61,500 nucleotides of DNA from contig JAGLTB010000003.1 of assembly GCA_023270155.1 (NCBI GenBank), forward strand, positions 1 to 61,500. The letters are read 5' to 3'. Shown here piece by piece: positions 38,166 to 51,750 of this stretch. Below the pieces are notes generated by a model. The model saw only the letters and a list, made by a program, of their open reading frames with translations. It had not been told where the DNA came from and searched no databases. The position numbers and the translations under genes were made by a program. Position 1 is the stretch's first letter; the number at the start of each line of letters is the position of its first letter. The DNA comes from Candidatus Heimdallarchaeota archaeon (GTDB lineage: Archaea; Asgardarchaeota; Heimdallarchaeia; Heimdallarchaeales; Heimdallarchaeaceae).

Positions 38166-39272
38166 TTGACGATTAAAAATCTTTCAAGAAAAGAAGCTCT
38201 AGATCTCGTGATTGGAGCGAAGATATTAGCATGTGGAGGAGGTGGAAGTGATGCTAAAGCGATTGATAAAATTAATGAAATTTATGACAGAGAAGAGTTT
38301 TTCACTATCGCTGATCTCTCAGATTTCCAAGAAGAAGACTCTATTTGCATAATAGGTATGGTTGGTGGAGGGATTACAAAAGAAGACAGGAAATTAGTTG
38401 AAGGTTTGGAAATCGTTGAACACGAACCTATGATTAAAGCTGTAGAGACGCTTGAAAGATTTTTAAATATCAGTTTTCAAGGATTTGTTGCCACGGAGCT
38501 AGGGCCATATAACAGTATTGTACCATTAATAGTTGCTTCACAAATGGGAAAAATTGCAGTTGACGGTGATTGTTGCGGCAGAAGTAAACCAATGATTTCG
38601 ATTAGTACCACTGCAGTAATGGGTATATCTATCTCACCGTATTCGATTGTTAATTCATATGGTGATATCCAGATCGTTGAATCTGCAGTAGACGATATTA
38701 GAGGAGAAGTTATAGCAAGAACTGCTGCTAGATTATCTGGAGGGAGTGTGAGTGTTGCTAGATGTCCAATGACGATAAATCAAGCAAACACAGCAGTGAT
38801 CCCGAAAACTTTTTCCAAAGCGATAGAGCTTGGAAAAAAAGTGAGGGAAACAGCTAAAATGAGAATGAATCCAATCAGAGTTATTCTTGAAACAATTCCT
38901 GAAATAAAGGTAGTATTCAGAGGGAAGGTTACAAAATTCTCGAGAAAGGAAGAGGGTGGATTCACTTCAGGAGAGATTTTGCTTGAATCTGAGAATAAAG
39001 TAAATGATAAGCTCAAAATTTTTTATCAAAACGAATATTTGTTGTCTTGGTTGAACGATAAGCAATACATCTCGTGTCCTGATGGAATTATAGTAGTAGA
39101 CTCACAAACTGGTTATGGTTTAACTCCATGGGAAGATGATTTTACGGAAGGAAGAGCAGTGACAGTTTTAGCTCAAGAAGCTCCAGAGATATGGAAAACT
39201 GAAAGAGGTTTAGATGTATTTGGACCTCAAAATTTCGATAAAACTTGGTCAAAATATAAGAAAAAACAGTAA
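38166..39272 (+). CDS. DUF917 family protein
   Basis: GAKILACGGGGS near the N-terminus and a length of about 365 aa are characteristic of this family. TTG start. Confidence 0.6.
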   Translation: MTIKNLSRKEALDLVIGAKILACGGGGSDAKAIDKINEIYDREEFFTIADLSDFQEEDSICIIGMVGGGITKEDRKLVEGLEIVEHEPMIKAVETLERFLNISFQGFVATELGPYNSIVPLIVASQMGKIAVDGDCCGRSKPMISISTTAVMGISISPYSIVNSYGDIQIVESAVDDIRGEVIARTAARLSGGSVSVARCPMTINQANTAVIPKTFSKAIELGKKVRETAKMRMNPIRVILETIPEIKVVFRGKVTKFSRKEEGGFTSGEILLESENKVNDKLKIFYQNEYLLSWLNDKQYISCPDGIIVVDSQTGYGLTPWEDDFTEGRAVTVLAQEAPEIWKTERGLDVFGPQNFDKTWSKYKKKQ

Positions 39273-39316
39273 AACAGTCAAATAAGCAATTTTGAGGGAT
39301 ATTTTTAAAAGATTTA

Positions 39317-39760
39317 ATGTACAATGATATTTTGACTAATATGAAAGAGAAAAAATGGGTAAAATGTGAAAACGACAAAATTGTGTCTGGAGTTTGTGCA
39401 GGACTAGCTAGATACCTTGGTAGCGATATAAATCTAACACGAGTCGCAGTATTTTTTGCAATGTTAGCGTCAGGAGGAATTTTTTTCTGGGCATATATTG
39501 TTGCAGTAATTATCTTACCTAAAGGTGATTGTGCAGAAATTGAAGTAACTAAAACTTGGGTTAAGTGTTCTAATGATAAAATCATTGGAGGAGTGAGTTC
39601 AGGATTTGCTAAATTTATAGGTGCAGATGTAGGATTGATTAGAATTATCTTTTTCATTGGTATCTTCTTAACTGGTGGAGCTTTATTCTGGACATATATT
39701 GCTGCAATACTGATGCTTCCAGAAGGAGAATGTTTGAATAATACTGCAAGTTCAAATTAA
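39317..39760 (+). CDS. Membrane protein with two PspC domains
   Basis: Two repeats of the PspC pattern (KIVSGVCAGLARYLGSDINLTRV and KIIGGVSSGFAKFIGADVGLIRI), each followed by a TM helix. Confidence 0.75.
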   Translation: MYNDILTNMKEKKWVKCENDKIVSGVCAGLARYLGSDINLTRVAVFFAMLASGGIFFWAYIVAVIILPKGDCAEIEVTKTWVKCSNDKIIGGVSSGFAKFIGADVGLIRIIFFIGIFLTGGALFWTYIAAILMLPEGECLNNTASSN

Positions 39761-40294
39761 GAATTCCTTAATCTTATCTATAGGCAGATGATCAGAAATA
39801 GTCTTACCATAATAAGCTTTTTTCACTTTGAGGTTATCGATTAAGAAATCAGCAGGGAGAAGATTCTTTTTTCCTTCCATTTTTCCAATCATGAAACCTT
39901 TCCAAAGAGCTCTTAACATTGACAGAGAAACTCCACCCCTTAGATAACCTATCCAAGAGTGTTCAACCCCATATAATTTGTAGATTTTTCTTTCAGGATC
40001 TGAAATAACTGGAAAAGGAGCATTTTGTTTTCCTACATATTTGCTAATGCTTTCTTTAGGAGACTGAAAGAATGCAACAAGAAAAAGCCCTTTAGATTTT
40101 AGTTCATCATGAATTTGAATAAGTTGCTGAACTCTAAGATTGCACAAAGGACAAGAAGCATATCTATAGAAAGACAACATTAGTTTTTTATCTTTGAAAT
40201 CGGATAACAATATTTGTTTACCGGAAATATCTTTTAATGAAAAATTCTTAGCTTCGTCCCCATCTTTGAGTCTCATGGATTTGCTACTCCTCAC
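39752..40294 (-). CDS. AhpC/TSA-family peroxiredoxin-like protein
   Basis: Thioredoxin-fold pattern with SCPLC and FPVISD. Confidence 0.7.
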   Translation of the reverse strand: MRSSKSMRLKDGDEAKNFSLKDISGKQILLSDFKDKKLMLSFYRYASCPLCNLRVQQLIQIHDELKSKGLFLVAFFQSPKESISKYVGKQNAPFPVISDPERKIYKLYGVEHSWIGYLRGGVSLSMLRALWKGFMIGKMEGKKNLLPADFLIDNLKVKKAYYGKTISDHLPIDKIKEFLI

Positions 40295-40346
40295 TAATTT
40301 TTTCTGCTGTACGTATTTAATTCATGGGTTTCATCTAAAAATAGAA

Positions 40347-43505
<3,159 letters not shown>

Positions 43506-43628
43506 TTATTATAATTTTCGTATACAACAATCTCAGAAAAAAGATTTGTTTCAAAATGACCAAACTATTAAATAGAAGCTGTAAAGATTACAGAGTAGAA
43601 TACTCAGACAAAATATGGTGATTTCCGA

Positions 43629-44432
43629 ATGAGTAAAATTGGCAATTATGAAGTGAAAAAATTCCCAAAAAGTCGAAAAATGGTTTTTGATTTAGTTGAA
43701 CAAAGTGCAAAGAAACATCATGTTAAGGCTGTTTTTGAAGTAGATGTAACCATTGCAAGAGAATTCTTTAGAAAACACAAGGAAGAAACAGGAGAAAAGT
43801 TATCTTTTACAGGTTGGGTGATTAGATGTATAGGTGGAGCAGCTAAAGAATATCCAGAAATTAATTCAATAAGAAAAGGAAGAAGAAAATACTATGTTTT
43901 TGAGGATATTGACATTGGTATAGTGGTTGAAAGAAATATTGGAGGAAAGCGTGTACCAACAAAATATTTCATGAAAAAAGTGAATAAAAAGACTTATCGA
44001 GAGATTCATGATGAAATAAGAAGAGTCCAAGACCAGAAAATAGCAGGGCCAGTTCTTGGAGAAGTGAAAGAAGATAAGGCAGCTCATCTAGTTGTAAAAC
44101 TCCCCAAATTCATAAGAAATATCATATGGTGGCAAGTTAATAGAAAACCACTTATGAGAAAGAAGCTTTTGGGTGCAATTACAGTATCAGCGATTGGAAT
44201 GTTTGCTGAACAAGGAGGTTGGGGCATAAGTATGTCATCTGAAACAACTCATTTTATGATAGGTGGAATAGGAAAAAAACCTGGAGTGGTCAATGATAAA
44301 ATTGAGATTCGTGAATATCTATCAATAACCGTTATGATAGATCATTTCATTGTTGATGGTGGTCCTTTTGCAAGATTCGTACAACAATTAATCAATCTGT
44401 TGCAAAGCGGATACGGCTTGGATGAGGTATAA
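43629..44432 (+). CDS. Stand-alone 2-oxoacid dehydrogenase acyltransferase (E2) catalytic domain protein
   Basis: Catalytic DHFIVDG (DHRxxDG-type) motif near the C-terminus. No lipoyl or E3-binding domain. Confidence 0.7.
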   Translation: MSKIGNYEVKKFPKSRKMVFDLVEQSAKKHHVKAVFEVDVTIAREFFRKHKEETGEKLSFTGWVIRCIGGAAKEYPEINSIRKGRRKYYVFEDIDIGIVVERNIGGKRVPTKYFMKKVNKKTYREIHDEIRRVQDQKIAGPVLGEVKEDKAAHLVVKLPKFIRNIIWWQVNRKPLMRKKLLGAITVSAIGMFAEQGGWGISMSSETTHFMIGGIGKKPGVVNDKIEIREYLSITVMIDHFIVDGGPFARFVQQLINLLQSGYGLDEV

Positions 44433-44491
44433 ACCAGAAAAATAGCTTGATGAAAAAGAGATAAAATATGAGGTAGATAGCTATTAAGTTG

Positions 44492-46045
44492 TCATTCTTG
44501 TGTAAGGACACTTAGATTTAAGCAAGAAGGAGAATCCTTTGAAAGCAAAATCGAATGCGTATTTTTATCAGATGGAGGGTGTAAAGCATATTTTGGAAAA
44601 TTAGACCAACTTATTTCAAGACCTAATTTCTCTCCTTTCTCAAGCAAAATTCCTGTAGCTAAGAGATCGATAGATTTTTTCTCGTAATTCGTAGTTGGTC
44701 CTAACACTCGTAAAATTCCATCTTGGAAAATTCTCTGAGTACCATCAGATTCCACAACTACAAGTTTTGCTGTTAAATGGGTTTCTGGTACATCAGTTTT
44801 TATCCAAATATCCACTGAAGAGAAACCCAGAATTGTCAAATCCTTTTTTAGAGGTTCAGTATAAAACCGTAAAATATCATCTCTATTTCTCAAAGAACTT
44901 TGATCAGTTGGTCCAGGTTCAATTGGTTTGTAGGATTCCCATACAATTCCACCTAATGTTGGAACAGGATTATCAATATCAATTTCATACTGTAGAACGG
45001 TTTCTTCTTCTGATACTGAATCAGACAGAAGCTGATCTTCACTTAAGTATAACACAGTATGCTCTACTTGGTTTGGTGGCCATGAATCTAACTCTAACCA
45101 TTCATTCAATCGAAGAATAAACACTTTTATTATTTGTTCTGCATTTGTCTTTTCTCTTTCTAGAAATTCAGACATATCTTGAATGAAATTTCCCTTCCCT
45201 ACCTTTCCAAAATCCCAAGTTTCAATTCCAGCTTGACTTTCTAGATAACCATTATGACTCCAAGGACCTAAGATTAAATCAGGTTTTATTCCTCCCCGTT
45301 TTATTAAATCTTCATAAGTTTTCAATGTAGCATTTAACAAGAAGTCATACCATCCTCCAATTAAACAGATTCTAGTTTGTAGAGGATTCGATCCCCTAAT
45401 ATCATATTGTTCCCAAATTGGAGAGTCTAGAGGATTAAGGAAAAATTGCCATATTTGTTCCGGCCAACCGAAATTTCTAACAGCATCCTTAATATTACTT
45501 TCATAAGCGGTTTTGTATGCTTCAGGCCAAGTTCCATTTATTAAATCTAATGGCGATTGAATCCTAGTTGAAGTCATGATTGCCCAAGGTAAAGCCCAAT
45601 GGTATTGAAGAACATCTCCCCTATGAATAGAATACTTCACATCTCCTAAGACTTTTGGAGCAAAGATCGTTTTGATTTCTATATCTTCTTCATCTAGAAT
45701 TTGCAATCCAATATACCCAAGATAAGAAGGTCCAAATATATGCAACTCTCCATTGAACCATTCTTGATTATCTATCCACTTTATTGTGTCTATAGTATCC
45801 TCTTTCTCTTCACAGACCCTAAAAACTCCTTCAGAATCATATCTTCCTCTGCAATCCTGCAAAACTACAATGGAGTTAAACTGTTGTACAACTAGTTTAG
45901 CTGCAACAAGCATCTTTTTTGCACTGTAGGGAGTTCTTAATAGAAAAACAGGAAATGAGTTTTCTCTTTCGGGTTTTAATATGATTGTGGATAGTTTTAC
46001 CCCATCCCTCATACTAACAGGAATTGAAAAATCGGTTACTATCAT
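44492..46045 (-). CDS. CocE/NonD family hydrolase (S15 X-Pro dipeptidyl-peptidase fold)
   Basis: N-terminal pattern VSMRDGVKLSTIILKP...FPVFLLRTPYS and a C-terminal beta-sandwich domain. Confidence 0.75.
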   Translation of the reverse strand: MIVTDFSIPVSMRDGVKLSTIILKPERENSFPVFLLRTPYSAKKMLVAAKLVVQQFNSIVVLQDCRGRYDSEGVFRVCEEKEDTIDTIKWIDNQEWFNGELHIFGPSYLGYIGLQILDEEDIEIKTIFAPKVLGDVKYSIHRGDVLQYHWALPWAIMTSTRIQSPLDLINGTWPEAYKTAYESNIKDAVRNFGWPEQIWQFFLNPLDSPIWEQYDIRGSNPLQTRICLIGGWYDFLLNATLKTYEDLIKRGGIKPDLILGPWSHNGYLESQAGIETWDFGKVGKGNFIQDMSEFLEREKTNAEQIIKVFILRLNEWLELDSWPPNQVEHTVLYLSEDQLLSDSVSEEETVLQYEIDIDNPVPTLGGIVWESYKPIEPGPTDQSSLRNRDDILRFYTEPLKKDLTILGFSSVDIWIKTDVPETHLTAKLVVVESDGTQRIFQDGILRVLGPTTNYEKKSIDLLATGILLEKGEKLGLEISWSNFPKYALHPPSDKNTHSILLSKDSPSCLNLSVLTQE

Positions 46046-46125
46046 ATGACCAGAAGATAGTATTTTAAGTAATTTATAATTTTATTGCACTGGATAAAGA
46101 TTGAAAAAAGAGAAAAAAAGAGAGT

Positions 46126-47103
46126 TTAGTGTCTAGTTGCTAAAATACTGCCGGTTGTTATATCAAGATCAAAATTAATTTGTCCCATTCCGGCTTGACT
46201 AATAGTATCTGAAGGTACATTTATACTTCCTGTTGTTACTGATGTACTGAAAGTAGTTCCAATATTTTCGTTGAGAGTAAGATCAATAGTTATATCTCCT
46301 GTTGTCCCTTGAATATTGAAATTATGGTTAGTCAATATAGAATCCTGTGTCCAATCAAGGTTGAAATCACCAGTCGTAATATCAACATTCACATCAATAT
46401 CTGATGTAAAATTAACATTTACCATATCAATATAAGCTGAACCAGTAGTACAAATCATGCTGAATGTATCAACATCCAAAGTACTATCGTTGTCAATATC
46501 TAAAGAAATAGAACCTGTTGTAGCTTCAAAGTATAAATCTCCAGTTACTAGAGTATTGCTAGGTAAGGATAAGCCTATATTTCCAGTAGTTGCTACCATA
46601 GAAACGATATCTATTTCTTGATTTGGTTGCTCTAAAATAACTTCAGCTGATCCAGTTGTTACTTCCATATCAACAATCAGTTTTGCTCTGTAATCTACTC
46701 TTATTTCCACTTCATGGGAGAAGCGATAAGTTAAACGAGTTGGATCTTCTTTGATAAAATTGATAGTGTAGTTTCCATCACCATCATCTGTTATCGTCAA
46801 ATAATCTGCTTTTTCTGGATAATCGTCAGCTTTATTCTTTGGTCCAGATACAGTGTTATCAATTTCTATAATATTATTTTCAGTCATTAGGTCCGCAATT
46901 ACTGTTATAGAAGCAGTTTCTGCGTTACAATCAATAAATACATTGTATTCCGAAATCACAGGCAATGGCTCAGAATCACTTAAAACACCATATTCAATAT
47001 ATCCAATACTAGTATTTTTTACAGCAAAGTAAGTTCCTGCACTAATTCCTGCTATTATAACCATACTCCCTACAATAATTCCGAATAAGTTACTGTTCTT
47101 CAT
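46126..47103 (-). CDS. Membrane-anchored repeat protein, DUF4097-like putative adhesin
   Basis: N-terminal TM anchor. Nine TTG(S/D/N) motifs recur every 22-25 aa or so. Confidence 0.55.
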   Translation of the reverse strand: MKNSNLFGIIVGSMVIIAGISAGTYFAVKNTSIGYIEYGVLSDSEPLPVISEYNVFIDCNAETASITVIADLMTENNIIEIDNTVSGPKNKADDYPEKADYLTITDDGDGNYTINFIKEDPTRLTYRFSHEVEIRVDYRAKLIVDMEVTTGSAEVILEQPNQEIDIVSMVATTGNIGLSLPSNTLVTGDLYFEATTGSISLDIDNDSTLDVDTFSMICTTGSAYIDMVNVNFTSDIDVNVDITTGDFNLDWTQDSILTNHNFNIQGTTGDITIDLTLNENIGTTFSTSVTTGSINVPSDTISQAGMGQINFDLDITTGSILATRH

Positions 47104-47169
47104 AAATATCCATGGTTTATCATTCTATAAAAAGGATTTCAAATATCGATGTACGTCCATATGAAGACT

Positions 47170-48018
47170 TCAACTTCCTTTTTCTGTTTCTTTTTCAGTT
47201 ATAGAATTTTTTTGGAAAAGATTCATAACAATTATACCTGAAACAATACAGCATATCCCTGCTATTTGAATAGACACTATGATTTCATCTATCACAAATA
47301 TTCCTAATATTATTGTCAGAATTATACTTGCTGTAGCAAAACTAGGAACTACAACATTTGCCCTTGCCATTGTGAATGCAAATTGTGTTATTGCTAATGT
47401 AATTGTTGCAAATGCAAACATTATAAAAGTAAAAATCAAAGCAAGTTCACCTATATCCATGATTCTTTTAGATAAAGTTTGAAATGCCATAAAACATCCT
47501 GCATTAAATCCCAGCATTATTCCTATAAAATTTGAAGGCTTACGAAAAGCAAAGATTACTAGAGGTATACTAAGGAATAGTAGAATTGCCAAAGCGATTA
47601 AGAAACTATTAAGATTAAAATCAGTGTGTTCTAATTCTACAGGATCCTTTGTAGCTAAATTAATTAAAATCGTACCGGTAATTATCAGGACTACACTAAG
47701 AATCTCTGTTTTAGAAATTGATTCTTTGAGAACAAAAAATGAGAAGAACAGCAAACTAACTAATCCAACTCCTTCAAGTGGTGCTATGAGATTCATTGGA
47801 GTGTGAAAAACAGTTAATGGAATCAGTTGTATAAATACAAATAAAGCAGTTAACAATGTTCCAAAAATCCATATACCAGAGTGCTTGCTTTTGATGGTTT
47901 TTTCGTCCTTAAAACCCTCAATTGCGTATTTTTGAATCCCCTTACCAATATAGAGTGAAATATATGCAATTAAACCAATTAGAACACCAAGAAACAGTTC
48001 TTTGTTAAATGCAACCAT
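47170..48018 (-). CDS. DMT-superfamily / NIPA-like membrane transporter
   Basis: About nine hydrophobic helices, with the N-terminal motif YIGKGIQKYA. Confidence 0.5.
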   Translation of the reverse strand: MVAFNKELFLGVLIGLIAYISLYIGKGIQKYAIEGFKDEKTIKSKHSGIWIFGTLLTALFVFIQLIPLTVFHTPMNLIAPLEGVGLVSLLFFSFFVLKESISKTEILSVVLIITGTILINLATKDPVELEHTDFNLNSFLIALAILLFLSIPLVIFAFRKPSNFIGIMLGFNAGCFMAFQTLSKRIMDIGELALIFTFIMFAFATITLAITQFAFTMARANVVVPSFATASIILTIILGIFVIDEIIVSIQIAGICCIVSGIIVMNLFQKNSITEKETEKGS

Positions 48019-48147
48019 GATTCTCAGCTTATGCGATTTTTATTCTTGGTAATCATAAAAAACCTTTCTCACATACTCATGAGTTAATTTTCAGGAAATT
48101 TGAAATAAGATAGACTTTATAAAATAGAGGATAAAGTCAAATTACCG

Positions 48148-48864
48148 ATGAAAACTTTCCAAAACGTAGACACACTGCTCTTTGACATGGATGGGACTCT
48201 AACAGATCTTGGGAAAAGATGGTATGATCCATTTTTCAGAGCTTATGATATACTTAGACCAAATATTAGTCAAGCAAAAAAGAAAGAAGTGTTTGAAAAA
48301 ACGTTAATTAGTATTATGGAAACACAGATGGGTAGAGCTAAAATGCTCAAAATAAAGACATTTTGGCGAGCTTCAAGAGATTTAGAATTATCCCTCGTTG
48401 ATACTTACCGAGCAATCAAATTTCTAAGAAAAGATCCATTAGCTTTCAAAGACATTCAACCACTTGACGGTGTAGAAGAAGTTCTGGAAACACTTCGGTC
48501 TCGAGGATATACAATTGCTTTAGTAACTAGTGCTGGAGACGATACAGTAGGAAAAGCAAAACTAAAACTAAAGATGCTAAATTCTTTTGATCTTATTGTT
48601 ACAAGAAACTCTGTTAAAAGAATAAAACCTTATCCTGATGCAATTCTGTTTGCAAGTCAAGGATTAGGTAAAGATCCTAGTTCTTGTGTTATGATAGGAG
48701 ACTTCCCACAAGATGTACAAGCAGGGAAAAATGCTGGAACAAAAACAATTGCAATTTTAGGTCTTAACGCTAAATACACAAGAGAAAGACTAATTGAACA
48801 AAAACCCGATGCCTTGTTATCGAATATTCAGGAATTACCAGAGTTATTTCCTAGCTTAGTTTAG
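48148..48864 (+). CDS. HAD-superfamily hydrolase (phosphoglycolate phosphatase-like), copy 1
   Basis: Motif I LLFDMDGTLTD, motif II VTSA, motif IV IGDFPQDVQAGKNAG. Confidence 0.85.
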   Translation: MKTFQNVDTLLFDMDGTLTDLGKRWYDPFFRAYDILRPNISQAKKKEVFEKTLISIMETQMGRAKMLKIKTFWRASRDLELSLVDTYRAIKFLRKDPLAFKDIQPLDGVEEVLETLRSRGYTIALVTSAGDDTVGKAKLKLKMLNSFDLIVTRNSVKRIKPYPDAILFASQGLGKDPSSCVMIGDFPQDVQAGKNAGTKTIAILGLNAKYTRERLIEQKPDALLSNIQELPELFPSLV

Positions 48865-48901
48865 AGAGTATTTTTAAATAACTCGAGTATTCTACCCTTC
48901 T

Positions 48902-49621
48902 ATGGAGTCCTTGATGAATGTAGATACGTTGTTATTTGATATGGATGGGACTCTAACTGATTTATGGAAGAGATATCGAGATCCTTTCTATAGAGCGATT
49001 AATAAAATAAAACCAGATCATGATAAGAAAAGATTGCAGAAAGTTTTTGAAAAAACCGTAACTGAATTTCTAACGACTTTTGAAGGAAATAAAATACTTA
49101 TAACATTGAAACTCTTCAGGAAATCTCGAAAAGAGATGGGGGGATCATTAATCGATACTTTCAGAGTAATGAAAATAGTTCTTTCAGATCCAACGGCATT
49201 CAGGGACGTTGAACCTCTAGAAGGTGTTAAAAGCACTTTAGAGATACTTCAAAAAAGAGGATATAGATTAGCATTAGTAACTAATGCAAGTGATAAAACA
49301 GTAGATGTAGCTAAAGAGAAACTGAAGATTTTGAAATCCTTTGATATTTTAGTCACGAGAAATACTGTTAAACGTATAAAACCACACCCAGAGCCTCTAT
49401 TGTATGTATGTGAACAATTAGAAAAGAATCCGAGTATGTGTGCGATGATAGGAGATTTCCCTCAAGATATACAAGCAGGGAAAGCTGCAGGAACGAGAAC
49501 TATAGCTGTTTTGGGAGATAATGGAAAGTATACAGAAGATAAAATAAGACAACTAGAACCTGACGTTATACTCGAAACTTTTGGTGAGTTATTAAATATA
49601 TTTCCAGGAAATTCCGAATAA
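48902..49621 (+). CDS. HAD-superfamily hydrolase, copy 2 (tandem paralogue)
   Basis: Same motifs as copy 1 (LLFDMDGTLTD, VTNA, IGDFPQDIQAGKAAG). Collinear with copy 1 over its full length. Confidence 0.85.
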   Translation: MESLMNVDTLLFDMDGTLTDLWKRYRDPFYRAINKIKPDHDKKRLQKVFEKTVTEFLTTFEGNKILITLKLFRKSRKEMGGSLIDTFRVMKIVLSDPTAFRDVEPLEGVKSTLEILQKRGYRLALVTNASDKTVDVAKEKLKILKSFDILVTRNTVKRIKPHPEPLLYVCEQLEKNPSMCAMIGDFPQDIQAGKAAGTRTIAVLGDNGKYTEDKIRQLEPDVILETFGELLNIFPGNSE

Positions 49622-49702
49622 TTTTTGATATTTTTTTATTGGTAACAATAAATTCAAATCAAAAAGAAATATAAGTTTCTGAATGTACGAAATGTTAAGA
49701 AA

Positions 49703-50569
49703 ATGGTTAAGCTAGAATCAATTACAAAAAATGTTGTTGTTGGTACAATGATCGATAGTGGAACACGTTCATGTGTTCTAGGGGGAATTACTTTAGAGAA
49801 TTTCTCAATAGCTATTGAAAGCGGAGATTCATTAGAAGTAGGCAAAGGTTTGAGAAAGGAATTGGAATCATACTTCAATCAACCTGTAAAATACTTGTTT
49901 CTGACTCATGCCCACAGTGATCATCGAAAAGGAATGGGTGCTTTTGATGATATAACACTTATTGCTAGTCAACAATGTATAGAGAATATGCCGAAGAGTA
50001 TTAGTTTCAAGAAATGGTCGCTAGAGACATTTGAAGATAAATTTATACTAGATGAAAATGGTAAAAGCGTAGAATTTTATCGTATTGGAGGACACAGTAT
50101 AGGATCTAGTGTAGCATATTTTCCCAGTGAAAAAGTTCTTTTTGCTGGGGATCTCTTTTTTACAGAACCGCTCAATTTTGGTCTTCCTTTCATGGGATTT
50201 TACCAAAGTAAGCCAAGGAGAACAGGTAACCCTGAAGAATGTTTAGAAGCATTTGATAAATTTAAGAAGATGGACATTGTTACTATCGTACCTGGACATG
50301 GAGATGTCATCCATAATCCTCAAGAGTATTTGGATGATCAAATCTCATTCTATAATTCTTTGAAATCATTATTCGTTTCAGCTATTGAAGATGGTAAAAA
50401 TCTAGAAAAAATAGAATTGCCAAGATTGAAACCGATTGAAAGAGCTTATGAGATTATTGAGACCAAAACCAAAAAAAGTCATGCTCTTCGATTTTTAGAT
50501 AATTATCTAAATTGGATTAAGAAGAGTTTTCACAATTATTACAGTGGGAAATTCGATAAACTGGAGTGA
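49703..50569 (+). CDS. MBL-fold metallo-hydrolase
   Basis: THAHSDH motif, with later H and D ligands (GGHSIG, GDLFF, PGHG). Confidence 0.8.
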   Translation: MVKLESITKNVVVGTMIDSGTRSCVLGGITLENFSIAIESGDSLEVGKGLRKELESYFNQPVKYLFLTHAHSDHRKGMGAFDDITLIASQQCIENMPKSISFKKWSLETFEDKFILDENGKSVEFYRIGGHSIGSSVAYFPSEKVLFAGDLFFTEPLNFGLPFMGFYQSKPRRTGNPEECLEAFDKFKKMDIVTIVPGHGDVIHNPQEYLDDQISFYNSLKSLFVSAIEDGKNLEKIELPRLKPIERAYEIIETKTKKSHALRFLDNYLNWIKKSFHNYYSGKFDKLE

Positions 50570-50692
50570 TTTGAGTTCCCAAACTGTGAAGGACATTAAA
50601 AACATACGGGGATAATTAACAGTTAATTACGTATTCTCGATTAATAATTGTCTTTCAAATAGTTAAATAAATACTAGTGGTCATGTAAACAT

Positions 50693-51148
50693 ATGTCAAA
50701 AGAAAATGCTCGAACAGGGTGGTTCTTTAGGGATGAGGAACCTCCGAACGATAACTCTTATTTTGAAAATATGTCCAGAGCTGTATTTCAGGCGGGTTTA
50801 AGTTGGCAGATGGTATCGGATAAATGGCCTGCTTTCATGAAAGCGTTCAAAGATTTCAGTATTGAGGAAGTCAGTAATTTCGATGAGGAAGATATTGAAA
50901 AACTACTATCTAATAAAAGCATAATTAGAAATAGATCAAAAATAGAAGCTGTTGTAGTAAATGCGATAGAGTTTATGAAAATAAAAGAGGAATTTGAGTC
51001 TTTTCGGAATTTTATAGATAATCTAGACAAATCAGAGAATTATAAATTTGTGAAGAAAGAATTAGGTAAAAGATTTTCGAGAATGGGACCTAAATCCGCT
51101 ATGATTTATTTGTATAGTATTGGAGAAAAAATAAAACACGAGGAATAA
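50693..51148 (+). CDS. tag: DNA-3-methyladenine glycosylase I (Tag family), short form
   Basis: YFENMSRAVFQAGLSWQMV and IIRNRSKIEAVVVNA blocks. Confidence 0.8.
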   Translation: MSKENARTGWFFRDEEPPNDNSYFENMSRAVFQAGLSWQMVSDKWPAFMKAFKDFSIEEVSNFDEEDIEKLLSNKSIIRNRSKIEAVVVNAIEFMKIKEEFESFRNFIDNLDKSENYKFVKKELGKRFSRMGPKSAMIYLYSIGEKIKHEE

Positions 51149-51204
51149 TAACAATACCATAATCCAGTCATAAGTTTTAATAAATCTGAAATTTCAGTAA
51201 TTTA

Positions 51205-51720
51205 ATGAAAGACTATCTTAAGGAATCTTGGTTAGATCCTCGAATTGAGCTAAAATCTTCTTCTCTTCATGAGAAAGGTATGTTTGCTATTGCTCTGATA
51301 AAGAAGGGAGAAACTGTTGTAATCTGGGGAGGAAATTTTGTAAACAAAGAAAACGCAGAGAAAGCAATTGGAGAGGGTAAAATCGTCATGCAACTTGATG
51401 AAAATCTGTTTAGTGTAGAAGAAGAAGGAGAAGATCTAACCTACTATATGAATCATTCCTGCGAACCAAATGTTTGGATGAAAGATGAAGTTACACTTAT
51501 CGCTAGAAAGGGTATAGAGCCAGGAGATGAATTGACTACTGATTATGCTTTATTCGAGGCATGGGAAGATTTTGTTTCTTCATGGGAGTGTAGTTGTGGT
51601 TCTTCATTTTGTAGAAAAAGAGTTACAGGTAAAGATTGGAGAATACTTGAGCTTCAAGAAAGGTATAAGGGGCATTTTTTACCGTTTATTAACAAAAGAA
51701 TCGAAAATTTGAAAAAGTAA
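51205..51720 (+). CDS. SET-domain lysine methyltransferase with post-SET Cys motif
   Basis: NHSCEPN, ELTTDY and the CSCGSSFC post-SET motif. Confidence 0.85.
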   Translation: MKDYLKESWLDPRIELKSSSLHEKGMFAIALIKKGETVVIWGGNFVNKENAEKAIGEGKIVMQLDENLFSVEEEGEDLTYYMNHSCEPNVWMKDEVTLIARKGIEPGDELTTDYALFEAWEDFVSSWECSCGSSFCRKRVTGKDWRILELQERYKGHFLPFINKRIENLKK

Positions 51721-51750
51721 TATGGAGAACAACATTCAACTTATAACAGT

